A stretch of DNA of 64,000 nucleotides from Camelus dromedarius (GCF_036321535.1 NC_087436.1:79858001-79922000), one strand, 5' to 3'; shown: positions 23,051 through 35,178, numbered from the stretch's first letter. A program made the numbers and translations. The notes: generated from the letters alone by a model not told the origin.

Positions 23051-24164
23051 AGCTCTTTTATTTCCTACTTAAATTTTGTTGGTAGCCCTTTTTCCTTAGG
23101 ACACCTGCATATCTCATTCTGCCAGGGTGAGGAAGGCCTTTGGGCAGGCTGAGACATTCACTTTGGATCTCAAATATACTCATCAGAGTGGGTATAGAAA
23201 TGGGAACCAGAGAACCAAATGAGAACCAGGTAGGTTTGGATTCCATTTATACTCTGCCACGTGGAAGAGACAGTTTGCCATTTCAGGAATTAACTTCCCA
23301 TTAAACAAAATCAAAATGCTTAACTAAATGATATTTAATTTACTTCTGGCCTATGCATGGAGCATTCTATTTGCCATCCTTGGTTGTAGAACCCAAATAT
23401 TTTTGTCTATCTCTAAGAGTTTCACTCTGTGCTGTTTATAAGCATTAAATACTTTTACCTTATTTCTACTTTTTAAGATTGGCCAGCTTAAATATTTTGT
23501 AAGACTAAGTATTTTAAGAGATAACTTGATAAAAGGAAGTAGAGTCTTCAAAGATTTTCCCTGTTTTCCCAGGGAGGAAGGTCAGTGGCAGGGTGACCAA
23601 GGCACACAGAGCCCCATTGCTAGAACTGAGTGAGCTGGAAATTCTTGGTTCTGATGATTTCCTATACTTGGGCTCCCTCAGCCTGGATTAGCTACATGGA
23701 TAGAGATGGGGACTTCATGAACCTCCAGCCAAAACCCTATCTGAGCATGTCAGTCCCTTTTTCTCTTCTTTCAAGTCAGCCCTTCAACAGGATCTGTCCC
23801 CTATTTACTAAATATGAGATTGACGTTTTCCAACAAGTTTCCTACCATCTTCATCCAGCATTAAATTTACTTTGGCAGTAGACATCTTTAAATTATGAGA
23901 TTATGAGTGATTATTTTTTCTTCTTTTTACTTTCCTGATTTTCTACATTTCATACCATAAATAGGTACTACCTGTGTAAAAGAAAAAGTTTAAATATATG
24001 ATACCTATTTGATGAACAAAATATAACAGAGACTGAGACATCATTAACTATCACCTACAATTTTATCACCATGATCCACTATTTAAATTTTTTCATTTCC
24101 TTTCAGTAGTAATCAAAATACACACATATTGAAAGAGGAGTTCAGGGACGAGAGGAATACCAAA

Positions 24165-24370
24165 AGCTAGCATTTTTGACAGCCCATTATGAACAAGATA
24201 TGTGCAAAGCACAGATGTCTCAATTAATCTTCACAATAACCCTATTAGTCCTCTGTTATACAGGTAAAGAAATGAGGTTCAGAGAAGTTGACTAACTACC
24301 TAAGATTGCACAGCCAGAGAGTGCTGGAACAGTGATCTGAACCTGGCAGTCCATGTTCTCACCATTCAAT
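24165..24370 (-). mobile_element. MIR SINE
   Basis: AATCTTCACAATAACCCTAT..TACAGGTAAAGAAATGAGGTTCAGAGAAGTTGACTAACTACCTAAGATTGCACAGC. Confidence 0.85.
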
Positions 24371-24679
24371 GGCATGCCTAACTCATGAACCCCGGTATGA
24401 AAGGATCTTGTAAGGTAAAGGCAACTTTGGGACTAACAGTCTGGCCCCAGAATTATGTAACATTAAGACTGTTAGACAAAGGTGACCTCTAAATGGTTCT
24501 GAGATTGGTAGAAAACCTGTTGGAAGTTGGACAGGGTTGACATGTCTGTGTGTAATCTTGAGATGCTTGTTGATGGCCCCTGAGAAGATACTTACAATTC
24601 ACGATCGTATTGTGCCACTCAAACTTCCTGAAGTTTGTGCTTTGGAAGTTTGTGCTTCCAAACTTACCTGAGGGAAATT

Positions 24680-24862
24680 CACCATAGCTTCTTACAGAGT
24701 CCTAGAGATTCTGTTTTTACCCAACACTTGTAATTATGTGTTCTATGTCTATCTTCCCTACCACACTGTCTGCCAAGAATATCTTTGTGTCCCTGGTTTT
24801 TAGCATAGTATTTTCCATATACTATATAATTGATTAAAAAGTATTGAAGGAATTAATTAATT
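24680..24862 (+). mobile_element. L2 3' end (degenerate)
   Basis: TGTCTATCTTCCCTACCACACTGT..ATCTTTGTGTCCCTGG..TAGCATAGT..GTATTGAAGGAAT. Confidence 0.65.
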
Positions 24863-25434
24863 GAAAGAAGAAACTATAAAGAATGGAAGAAGCCAGGCAC
24901 AGAATAAAAGCCTTCGAGGATGTCCTCGCCCATCTCCATGAGATGTCATCAGGGGCCACCAAAGCAGTGAAGTTGGTGTTGCTGGATCTGGGAATAAGCA
25001 TTTTCTGAGTATCTTTGGGCCAGGTGCGTTGTGATTACCATTGACACAGACACTTTTCTCACAGGCATGTGGCCTCAGGGCACAGAGCAGCACATATAGC
25101 AATGACAGGAAGGTTTTAACATAATTTGGTCCTGTCCGAAGAGGGGAGGAAAACTGGGCTATGAGACATCCCAATAGTTCTTGCAGGTGGGAATGCAAAA
25201 GCTGCCATTTGGTTAATTTTATACTCATGCCTTTTTCCTCCCACAGGCTACTGTGGTCTTAGGAGTTGAATATAACTCATAGTTTTTACAGTTTTAATCT
25301 GTTTATAGTTAAAAACTTGCCTTCTGTTTTGTAATTTTTTAGAGTAGTATTTAATGATGTATTTGCTTATAACATTTCTTTCTTCATGTCCAGAACTACA
25401 TATTGATCTACGTCCTACACTGTTTCTACCAGTG

Positions 25435-25620
25435 GGAATTAGAGAATTTTATATTTAAAAAAGATCTTTCAGGTCATCTGATCCAACTCTAATTTTGCAG
25501 ATGCAGAAGCTTATGTCTAGGGGATTTAATGCAGTTATGAGTTTAGACAAGTTTGCATCAAGGCATGAGGTAGAACCCACAACCTCGTCTTTTAATCCAG
25601 TGTCCTTTTCACTCTACTTC
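25435..25620 (-). mobile_element. MIR/MIR3 SINE
   Basis: GATCTTTCAGGTCATCTGATCCAACTCTAATTTTGCAGATGCAGAAGCT..TAGAACCCA. Confidence 0.7.
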
Positions 25621-25687
25621 TGTGCTAGAAGAGTGCTCACAAGAGTGTTCACTTCTGCCATGCACAGCCATGGTCTCCAACTTTATT

Positions 25688-25688
25688 A

Positions 25689-25724
<36 letters not shown>

Positions 25725-25829
25725 TCATCTATCTATTTATTTATTTTAATGGAGGTCCTGGGGATTGAACCCAAGACCTCGTGCATGCTAAGCTTGCAAT
25801 CTACCACTGAGCTATACCCACCCCCTTTA
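25688..25829 (-). mobile_element. tRNA-Ala-derived SINE (camelid vic-1 type) with microsatellite tail
   Basis: Minus strand GGGTATAGCTCAGTGGTAGATTGCAAGCTTAGCATGCACGAGGTCTTGGGTTCAATCCCCAGGACCTCCA, then (TAAA)n(TAGA)n(CAGA)n. TSD AACTTTATT at 25679-25687 and 25830-25838. Confidence 0.9.
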
Positions 25830-27019
25830 AACTTTATTTATATGCTCAATTTTCTTGGAAGGATAGACAAAATACAAAAACAAAACCATGTCTATTAATT
25901 TTTTACCTCCAACTACTAACATGCACGTCAAAATGTGGAAGAAGAAAAGGAGAGATGGTGGGATGTTCTTGAACTAAATCTGTTTTGTTAATATAGCACC
26001 ACTGTATGCTTTGCAAGATCAAATGAATTCAGATTAAAAAAAATTCTTTCTTCTTGTTGATCTGTTAAAATAGAACATTGGTTTATGAAAGATAACTATT
26101 ACCTTCATAGAGTAGAAAACAGAGAAATTATTTTAACCACATTTAAGGCAATACTATGTGGATAAGCCAAAAAAAACCCTACAACATTTTATTACCTCGG
26201 TTACCTTCAAATTTTTAATTTTTGCTTATAGATGTAGTTCAAGTGTGTAGACTATCAACTGGTATATAATAAGCATCCCATAAATCTTTATTTGTTTAAC
26301 AAAAATGTGGAATATTTGATAAACAGTTTTTAAAAAGTGACTTTCTGATGGCTTAAATGAGAACCTCAACCATACAAATGAGTAGTATAAGAGGCTAATT
26401 ATCAGCTTCGGTTTTCATTATGATACTAAAAAGTTAATCTTTTCAAATCATTAATTTCAAGGATTTTATCTGCAGAAATTCCATCTGGGACAGAAAAGAG
26501 TAAGGTAGAAGCTTGATGTTTCTTATCACGTAGATTCTCATTTGCACTGATACTACATCATCTTAGTATATAAAGCCCTCAGTGTTTGGACTTCATGCAG
26601 CTCTATGTTTGCATTTAAGTAAACATGGGAGAAAGACTTGCTATTTAAATAGTTGAGAAACCACATTTAGTATTAACTTTATCTCCAAATGCTTAGTTTC
26701 AAAAACCTAGTCATGAAACAGTGGCATTGGGGAAAAGAGAAATAGAGAGTGATTTATTTCCTTAACTAGATTTCATTAAATGTGACTGTTTACTTGCCTT
26801 TTCCATTTGTTATAGACTGACTTTTTAGTTATCGTTAATGGACTCATTTAGATTTTTCTCCCCTGTAGACCTTTAGCTGCAAATTTCTATTTTTATCTTG
26901 AATCTGTGGTAAAGTATTCTTTTTGTAAAGATAAAATGTCTGGAAATGTATTTTACGACAGGCGATGTGAGGTCAAGAGTGTGGTCAAAAGAAACCACTG
27001 AATGGACTTGAAAACCCAC

Positions 27020-27150
27020 ACATAAATAAATTATATTTAATATAATTATATTTATATAAAATTATAATTTATGTATAATAATTTTCATGTAACAACATAT
27101 ACTATATTAATATATAATTTAACAAAATATATTATATATAAATGTATACT
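27020..27150. repeat. AT-rich low-complexity tract
   Basis: Almost only A and T, with TA/TAA/TTA units. Confidence 0.85.
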
Positions 27151-27159
27151 TGTTAAAAA

Positions 27160-27420
27160 ATAAGTCTTGCTTACATTGTCAACATGCTTCATTCTAAGTA
27201 CTTTTATACCTTATTTTATTTGCTCGTTATATCAACTCTAGTAGGAAATGTAGAACAGCTATTATTATCTCCATTTTTTTTTTAAACAGATGAAGAAAGA
27301 GGCCTCTTGAGGTTAGTTAAGAGAAATGCCCCAGATCTGATCAGAGAGGCTTGTGGGCAGTTGAATCAGACCTGGGTTCTGCGGCCCCCTCCCTGCATCC
27401 TGGTCCACAGCATCACTACT
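27160..27420 (-). mobile_element. MIR SINE
   Basis: TTCTAAGTACTTTTATA..TATTATTATCTCCATTTT..ACAGATGAAGAAAGAGGC. Confidence 0.8.
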
Positions 27421-28409
27421 CCTGTGGTGTCTGAGCGGCAGTTCTCCTTTCAGAGATGGGTAGACCTCTCTTCTCTCTTTTCTCTAAAGCATGAGTAAGT
27501 GTCCCTTTGCAGCAGGACTTGCCTTAAGAAAGGAGAGTTACCTGTTTCTGCCCTTTCATTTCTCCTCATTGAACTAGGCACTCAAAGAGGAAATAAAAGT
27601 CTTTTCTCATGAATAGTAACATGGGAAAAATCACCTCAATACACATTTGTACAGCCTAAATTAGACAAAGAATCAGAGATGTTGGTCTTAATAGGCTATG
27701 TGAAAATAATGTATTAGAGAAGATAGCGTTTCCCAGCTGAAACATGAAAACGGTAACTGGGAGGAGATGGGTGTCACTGCAAGCTGGAGACACAAAAGAC
27801 ATGGTCATGTCGGTTGAACTAGAACTAGAACTCTGTCATCACAAGCATTCTCTCTTCCAGCCCTCCCTCCTCCCCTCACACCACACGTATCACAACACAC
27901 AATCCCAGACACACTGGTAGTGTGTGTTGGCTGAGGAGCTGCCTACAAATTTGATGATGTAGGGCCTATGTACCTACATCCCAAATAAAATATTGGCTAG
28001 AGATGACTTGGTTGGAATTCCTGTTGCTGTTTATCACAGATGAGAACCAGAGTGCCTGACAAGAGGAAACTTAGCAGTGGATTTCTTGGGGTGCCGCCCA
28101 GGACTCCCTAAGCCCTGACACTACAAAAGTAAGCAATTGTACAGGTGCTTCATGGGCCATGGCCATGGCTACTCACACCTTGTGTCTTCCCTGCTGGTTA
28201 TAAGGCTTGAACCATTCATGGGACGTACGGTGTGTTGTGATTCTAGAAGTAGTGATGAATTTGTGTTTATCCTCTAGTTCTCCTCACCTTTGTGATGACA
28301 AACATGGTTTTATACGATGGCTGGCCAGACCTAGGGGTGATAGCCAATAACCATAGAGCAACATGGAGTTAACTAGATTATGCTCTGGATTTTCAGTTTC
28401 TCAGTGTTC

Positions 28410-28870
28410 TTCTGTGCTAGTTTGAACTCTTTGGTTCTAAGTAACAGAAACAAACATTCATGTAAATATAACGAAGCACAAAGAATAGGAAAGCAGCCAG
28501 GTACCAGGGAGGGTCAACAAAACTCAGCCTTTATACTTCATTTCTGCTTCTCTCCATGGGCCTAATATCCCTCTCTTTCTCTCTGTCTCCCACAGACCTA
28601 TTTTTTTTTCACATTGTCCATCCACTTGGAAGGTACAAGATTTCCCCTGTAAATTTCCCACATTTACATATCCTCCAATGCAATGAGCTCAGACTGCCTG
28701 TCTTTCTATCACAAACCAAATTCCTCGGGGGGAGAATGTCATTTGTCCGACAGGGGTTGGGTCCCCACCTCTAGCCCAGGCAGCAATGGGGACAGAGTTG
28801 TGTACAGAGAATGGCAGCTGAGGCCTCCCCACGTTGGCCAGGCCGGCATCTTCCAGGGAAGGCAGGCAGC
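28410..28870 (-). mobile_element. Old MLT1 MaLR LTR
   Basis: ACTCTTTGGTTCTAAGTAACAGAAAC (reverse of the MLT1 3' end) and CAAATTCCTCGGGGGGAGAATGTCATTTG..GGTCCCCACCTCTAGCCCA. Confidence 0.6.
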
Positions 28871-29158
28871 CACTACCCCTCTCTGAGACGGTCACCACAA
28901 AGTTGTCTTCCAAGACAAATGTGATGACAAAATTACATTTACATGGTGCTGTACAAGCTGTGAAGTGCTTATCTATACTTTGTCATGTTAGTTTAATGAT
29001 AATGGAAAAGAAGTATTTTGGGGGTGAAGTGGGGAGGAGTATAAAATGTATTCATAAATATCTCTAGTTAAATACTGGCACACATATTTAAAACAGCAGC
29101 CTCTCTCTACTGAGTTTATATTATAGTTTAATGAATTACTCTAATATATACCTCTGGG

Positions 29159-29195
29159 GTATATGTATGCGTGTGCGTGTGCGTGTGTGTGTGTG
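29159..29195. repeat. Mixed (GT)/(GC)/(AT) alternating purine-pyrimidine microsatellite
   Basis: Read directly. Confidence 0.9.
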
Positions 29196-29984
29196 AACGT
29201 GAGGGCTGGTGAAATAACAGCGATAAAAACAAAGAAAAACATCTCTGACATCTTCCCAGATAGGTCGGTAGACTGAAAAGCAAACTTAAAAGAGAACGAA
29301 GGTAAATGTGGTAAAATGTAAAAGATAAAGCTTAAAATTATAAATATTTGTGAGGAAACAATGCTAGGAATCTGGAAAATGATGAGAACATTTTCTTTCA
29401 CAAACCTAGTATGAAGCTACTCAAGGGGAGTGGGTGGCTCAGGGATTCCAGAGCAGGTAAAGAGCCAAACTAAAGATGGTAGGAAGAGGGAGAGAAGATG
29501 CAGAAGCAAGTTCATATGTGGAAGAGCAAAGGCAGGAAGGACTGGCAGAAAAAACACAGCAAGGTCAGAGCTGAGGGGACTAGAACCTTGCAGGAGTCAT
29601 GGCCAAGTCGATGGATCAGGAGGCTGACAGGGAGGAAATTCTTATGTGAAGCCAATGGAAATGGGCTTGAAGTCCCAAAAAGCAAAGGATCCACTCTCTT
29701 GTTCAAAGTTATAAAATATAGAGTCCAGTCCGAGCTCGAGGAGGAGGTAGAACATTCCAGAGTTAGTCTCTGAAGGAAAGGCTCATGGACAGGAAGAGAG
29801 GGGACTACAAAGAATTCCTGGAAAGACTCTGTTGCTGCTTAATCTTGTGTTAAATGGCCTGAATCCAGTTAAATTCTGTACTTGAGCTGTGTGTCTCATT
29901 TTTAATTCCTCCTCTGAAGTTTACACCCACAGGACTTGAATACTTCACATACGGCACTAAGGTGGACACGCTGGCGGGTCTAGT

Positions 29985-30175
29985 GCTCCACTGTCCAATG
30001 ACTAATCAAGGATACTTATATCCAAATTTAAGTGAATTAAAATCCAGTTCCTCGGTCACATGAGCCCCATTTCAAGTGCTCAGTAGCCACGTGAGACCAC
30101 CCATCAGGCAGTCAGACAGCGCACACGTGGAACATGACTGTCATCACGGAAAATCCTGCTGGACAGCCGTGCTCT
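29985..30175. mobile_element. MER3/MER33-type hAT-Charlie MITE
   Basis: CACTGTCCAAT..AAAATCCAGTTCCTCGGTCACA..CATTTCAAGTGCTCAGTAGCCACGTG..CATCACGGAAAATCCTGCTGGACAGC. Confidence 0.85.
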
Positions 30176-31469
30176 AGAGAGAAAGGATCAAGAGAGGCTC
30201 TGAATCCAAAGTTGTCGTCAGAGAGGAGGAAATGCTTCCTTCGAATTCCTGAGAGGATTCCCACGATAAAGGAGTCCTGAGGGAAAGAAGAGCCCTCCTT
30301 CTATTTCAGAGTTGCCACAGTTTGCCCTCTTTCCTCTCCTCCCCTTTTCATACTCTCTATTGCCCACGGCGATGGGACAGACAAATAAACAGAATACGAA
30401 ACCGCAGTCACATCAGCAGGGCTTCTTTGAGGCTGTGCGCAGCATTGTTTTTAGTATCCATTGTCTGCTGCAGACTCAAAGCTTTGTAAATAACAGCCAG
30501 GTCTTTTTCATGGATCCTTTAGGGATTCTTAACACTACTTTTAAAAAAATCTTAGGATTCTCCCAGCATCTGTCCCTCGGAACCACAATTAGATCTTACA
30601 GTTGCACATTCCAGCTCACTATCCTGGGTATAACCATTTAATCACCAGGATAACTTGTCACCTCTTACTGAGAGAATCGGGGGCCAGGGGTTGCCGCAGC
30701 CACCACGATGGAGAAAACCCACATATGCAAAGTGCAGGCTATTCTGTGGTCCGAGAAACAGGGACGGGAATAATCACCAGGAAAAAAAAATAATATTTTC
30801 ACTGACAGTTGAGGGCAGTTAGTTTCCCAGGGAGAAGCGCTGGTGGCAAAGGTCTTTACACAGGGAGGCCTTTGTCATTTTATGGATACTCATCTGTCAA
30901 CTGTCAGCCTGTTTCAAAGGGGCTCAGGCCGTAATGTTTTCCTCTGCACCTTTCCCATCACGGTGGCCCAAATTTCCCTGACCAACCATCCGTCTTCCTA
31001 TTTGCCTAGTCTGGTCACTTACAATGAGCAGGGATGTAGTGGTGATTCTGCAGCTGCAAAGAGTGAGGAAGAGGGGCGGGTGGCCTGCGGGGAAGGGCTG
31101 GAAGGAGGGGGAGGCGCAAAGAGTTCGCTTAGCATCTCTATGGAGGCACTTCTGCCCAGGGAGGAGTTTTTTTGTCTAGACCGTTGTTCCTTAAGAAAAA
31201 AAGGTTGCACCAAGTGTGAGGTTGGCCAGGACAGAAGCAGGGGATGTAACAAGGTGCAGTAAATCGTAACACCCACAGACCCACCCCCGAGGCTCTTAGG
31301 GCCCCACCCAAGTTCCAGGGCGAAATGAAGTGTGATTGTCTAAGACGTGATAGTACATGAAATCAGCTCTGATGATTGTGGGTCATCAGTCACAGCTCTG
31401 TTCTCTGGCCGTGCAAATCTCATAAATATTTTTGACAACTAAAACAGCAGTAAACTAGGAACATCAGCA

Positions 31470-31670
31470 TTTTCAAATTCTGGCTTCTCCACATGACAGG
31501 GTCCCTTGGGGAAGTCCCTTCAGTCTTCTGAGCTTTCGTTCCCTCTGCTGTAAAAGAGGCATTATAAAGATATCGGTGTTGTAGCTGTCTGAGGATTAAA
31601 TGAGACAGTGTGAAGAGAGAGCCTCCTGAACCTTGTGACTTGGTCTTGGCTGCTGTCCTAAGATAATTTT
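31470..31670 (+). mobile_element. MIR SINE
   Basis: TTCAAATTCTGGCT..CCTTGGGGAAGTCCCTT..CTGTAAAA..TGAGGATTAAATGAGACAGTG. Confidence 0.8.
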
Positions 31671-31859
31671 TCACTATATACCTCATTCGTGCTCGGTGTC
31701 ACTTCTCTTGGACTTGACTTCCAATTTCCCCTCCTTTTTCTACTCCATCCTCTTACACAGCTGGTGGGGGTAGAACATTGACAGCCACTCATAGGCTCAG
31801 CTCTGCAGCCCCAGCGAGTCCTCATCCATGAGATGTCATAGACACTGGGAAAGGCCCCA

Positions 31860-32140
31860 AATTTCTCACATTCTTTATTTTTCCTGTGAATTGTCCACTT
31901 TTACCCTTTGTCCATTCCCTTAACAAGATTTTTTGTATTACTTTTAGAGAAATTTTTATATGATAAGCTTGTTAGAGTTTTATTTAGCTTATGTGTTATT
32001 ATTCCTTCCCCCCTGATTGTCTCATTTACTTTATAATTTAGCGTTCTTATCACACAAAATTTTTAATTCCATGCTGCATGTATCAATTTTTGTCTTTGCA
32101 GTTTTTTCTGGTTTATGCCGTTTATCACCCTAAAATTTAA
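31860..32140 (-). mobile_element. Old L1 (L1ME-like) ORF2 fragment
   Basis: CCTGTGAATTGTCC..CCCTTTGTCCATT..ACACAAAATTTTTAATT..TATCAATTTTT. Confidence 0.6.
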
Positions 32141-32402
32141 CGAGTCTTGGCTTTCAATGACGTGAAACATGCTACTGTGTGTTCGGGGAAGTCAAAAAGC
32201 CCGATGCTTGCATTCCCATGCGCCAGACAGTTAGGTTGTAGGGACAAGGCTGAGGCTTGGCCGGCTGGCCTCTCCCATCCAGGATCCTGTGTTAGTGTGG
32301 AAGGAAGCAGGAACAGCCTCTAATTCACAGCTTAAGTGGCTGTGGCTCTATCTTAGGTCCAGGGGTGTTCGTGGGCATTCAGAATTTAGGGCCAAAGGCT
32401 AT

Positions 32403-32543
32403 TGGTAGTTCTATTTTTAATTTTTTGAGGATCCTCCATCTACTGTTTTCCATAATGTCTTTACCGGTTTACAATCCCACCAACAGCCCACTAGGGTTCT
32501 GTTTTCTCCACAGCCTCCCCAGTATTTGTTCTCTTGTCTTTTT
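32403..32543 (-). mobile_element. L1 ORF2 internal fragment (C-terminal region), no 3' UTR or tail
   Basis: GGTAGTTCTATTTTTAATTTTTTGAGGA..CTGTTTTCCATAATG..TTTACAATCCCACCAACAG..TTTTCTCCACAGCCTCCCCAGTATTTGTT. Confidence 0.9.
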
Positions 32544-33334
32544 CTTGCACCAGCAGGTTTTATTTCCTCAGCCCATCTTGGAGAGGCCCACCTGCAGAGC
32601 CACCTCCAAGAGCAGAAGGCCAGGAAGTACAGATAGATTCATGCATCGTAGAAAAGAAATGGAGGCAGTTCTTGCCTGGTGGTCTCCACTTTCCCTGAGA
32701 AATAGGAAGCTGGTCAATGGACCCAACAAGTGACTTCTCAGCACAAACAGACCCTTCTGGGGGCACCTTTGCGAGGCACACAGAATGTGCTGGTTACTCT
32801 CTGAATGCAGTTCCACCAAGCACAGGGATTCCACCTGTCTTTCTGTATAGTCTGACATGAAGTACAGAGTTGCTTAATACACAAACAAGAGAAGGAGTTC
32901 CCTATGACAATGCCTGAGTGGTTTGCTTTGGTGTTTAAATAAAGCATATTTTGAAATAGATGAGAAACACTGCTCAGCTCCCTGCCAGTGGGATATCATA
33001 GTAAATTTCAGCAAACTCAATGGTAGAAGTCACAACCAAGAATGTGTCACGTCTCAGGCTCCATCTTCCTTGGCTTTTTGGCTTGAACGTGAGTGAGCTG
33101 TGGCGTGAAAGCTTCCTGTGTGCTCAGAGCCATGGAGTGCACAGAGCATCACTGCATTTTCTTTTGCTGAAACACAGTGAACATTGATTTTCCTGGAAAA
33201 AAAATAATAAGAGAGAAAGAAAAACCAAGTAGGAAATACTACTACACATGTCCATCTAAATTGACCGACCATTTCTTGAGCATGCAAGCTCAGGCAGCCA
33301 AGAAGAGCATTTAAGAGCACAGATAGCAGAGAAG

Positions 33335-33500
33335 ACTGCTTAGTTCAATCTGGGCTCAGCGACATCCTGGCTCTGTAACCTTAAATATATCCAAGCTGTG
33401 TGCCTTGGTTTTCTCATTTGTAAAATAAGTTGGTTTTGAAGCAAGATAAAGCTCTTAGAATAGTGCTTCACACATAAATGCTGCAATTCAGTATTATTCT
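33335..33500 (+). mobile_element. MIR SINE
   Basis: TGCCTTGGTTTTCTCATTTGTAAAAT..AAAGCTCTTAGAATAGTGC. Confidence 0.7.
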
Positions 33501-34449
33501 CACGTGTGGCATGGGTAGGGTTAGAGACATTGTTGATGCCATAACCTCTGCTTCTGTGAATGGGAACCAGCTGTCTTCTAAGCTCTAGGAGCTCCATGAG
33601 GATGCCTGGCAATCGATGCTCATGAATACCCTGCTCTGGGATACGCTGAGAATGGGCACCTTCCCAGTGGACTAAAATGAGACAAGACTCTAGCAGCCCC
33701 CTTTATACCATATTGGAAGATCTGAATGGGTTCCCCAGAGACGAGAGACTTCTAGAGGCCAGGGAGATAAGCAGTTTTCATGAGATGCAAAATTGTAAAT
33801 TGTGATGACACTATTTTAAGATCGCAAACTAGGTGTGGTCTTAATTGACAAATGGCCTTGTTATCCAGCTATTGCTTGAAAGAAGAGCTAAACTCCTCCA
33901 AACCCAGAAGCCTTTATTGTTTGCAAATTCACCTCAGCTTCAATCTGATTATCCTTTGTAGCAATTCACTTCATCTAGAAAAGTGAGGCAAAGAGTTGCT
34001 GTTCATTTTGTTGAAGGCACAAGTAACTACTGAAAGTGCAACCGAAATTGCGGGTGGCATGAGTGCTTCCCTGAGATTTTTAATGGTCAAGGTCGGAAAA
34101 TCTGTTATGTAAATTGTCCAGTTAAAATTCTCACCAGCCACACTTGATGGCAGAGGACATTGACGTCTTCTCCACTGGTGTGCGTTCCGGTGGATTGAAA
34201 GAATTACTCTCTGAAGAGAGTCTTGGCCCTGCCTTGGGTCTTGACTACTCATCTTCAAGGGGAGATAAGATGGCCTCTATCCAGGCTGCTTAGCTTTTTT
34301 TCATTCTGTCCCCAGCATAGCTGGCTTTTAAAACATATGGCTCTGTACTTAACTTGCCACATAAAATAACTGCACTGCAAGGACTTGTTAGGAAATATAT
34401 CCTCAGAAAACACTGCCCATCAATAGCTATCTCAGTCTTTTGGAAGCAA

Positions 34450-35178
34450 GAATATCAGTCCTGTTGATTTGAACTCTAAGATGCTCTCAAATTCATTCTC
34501 ACCTTTTCATTTCTATCACAACGCTCTAGTCTGAGCCACACTGTCTTTTGCACCTTGAGAGCTTTCTCGTGCTGCTCTCCACATTTATTCCCGCCCTAAC
34601 CTTTCCAGTCTGCACGTCTCACCCTGAACAATTTTTAAAAGTACAAATATGTTTGAACCACCGCCTGCCTGTTCAAAAGTTTTCAGTGGCTTCCCAGTCT
34701 TCTTAGGTTAAAATTTAATCCTCATCTCATTCTGCAAGGTGCAGTCTGGACTGGCCTCTGTCCTGCTTTCTGGGCGGATCTCACAACACTCTTCTCCTGC
34801 CTTCCAGCCTCCAGCCAGACCGGCCTTCTCAAGTGGTCAAGTGTATGCAGATGCTTCTGCCTCAGGGTGTGTGCTGGTTGCTTTTATATCCTTCGCTTCC
34901 TCTGCACTCCCACTGTCCTCTCTTTTCCCCTTGATACCACAACCTCCACCCATGGCTGGATTTCTCACCTTGTCTCATTAACTGTCACTGACTTTCCAGA
35001 TGTTTCCATTAGCCTACTTATCACAGCTATAATTATATGCCTATTTTTGAGATTCTTTGATAAACATCTGTCATCTTCTTCCCCAAATAAAAACAGATAC
35101 TGACAGTACTTTAAGGACTCTATGCCTTGAATTTAGCACTGTGCTTTGCATATAATAGGTGTTTAATTAATGTGAAGG
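34450..35178 (+). mobile_element. L2 LINE, 3' part
   Basis: CTCTAGTCTGAGCCAC..TTCAAAAGTTTTCAGTGGCTTCCCA..CTCCAGCCAGACCGGCCTTCT..TTTAGCACTGTGCTTTGCATATAATAGGTG. Confidence 0.85.

Noticed and set aside
25750..25825. tRNA-Ala(AGC) gene
   Set aside because: It has an A-rich tail, a TSD and stem mismatches, and a similar copy with its own TSD lies at 54.2 kb. It is a SINE.
26951..26987. HOX13 site TTTTACGA plus nuclear-receptor direct repeat
   Set aside because: The second half-site is imperfect and the 6-bp spacer is non-canonical; a single 8-mer is expected by chance.
32540..32760. Second retrocopy (minus-strand AATAAA near 32556-32561 followed by A-rich sequence)
   Set aside because: The A-rich part is L1 ORF2 sequence rather than a tail, and I found no TSD.
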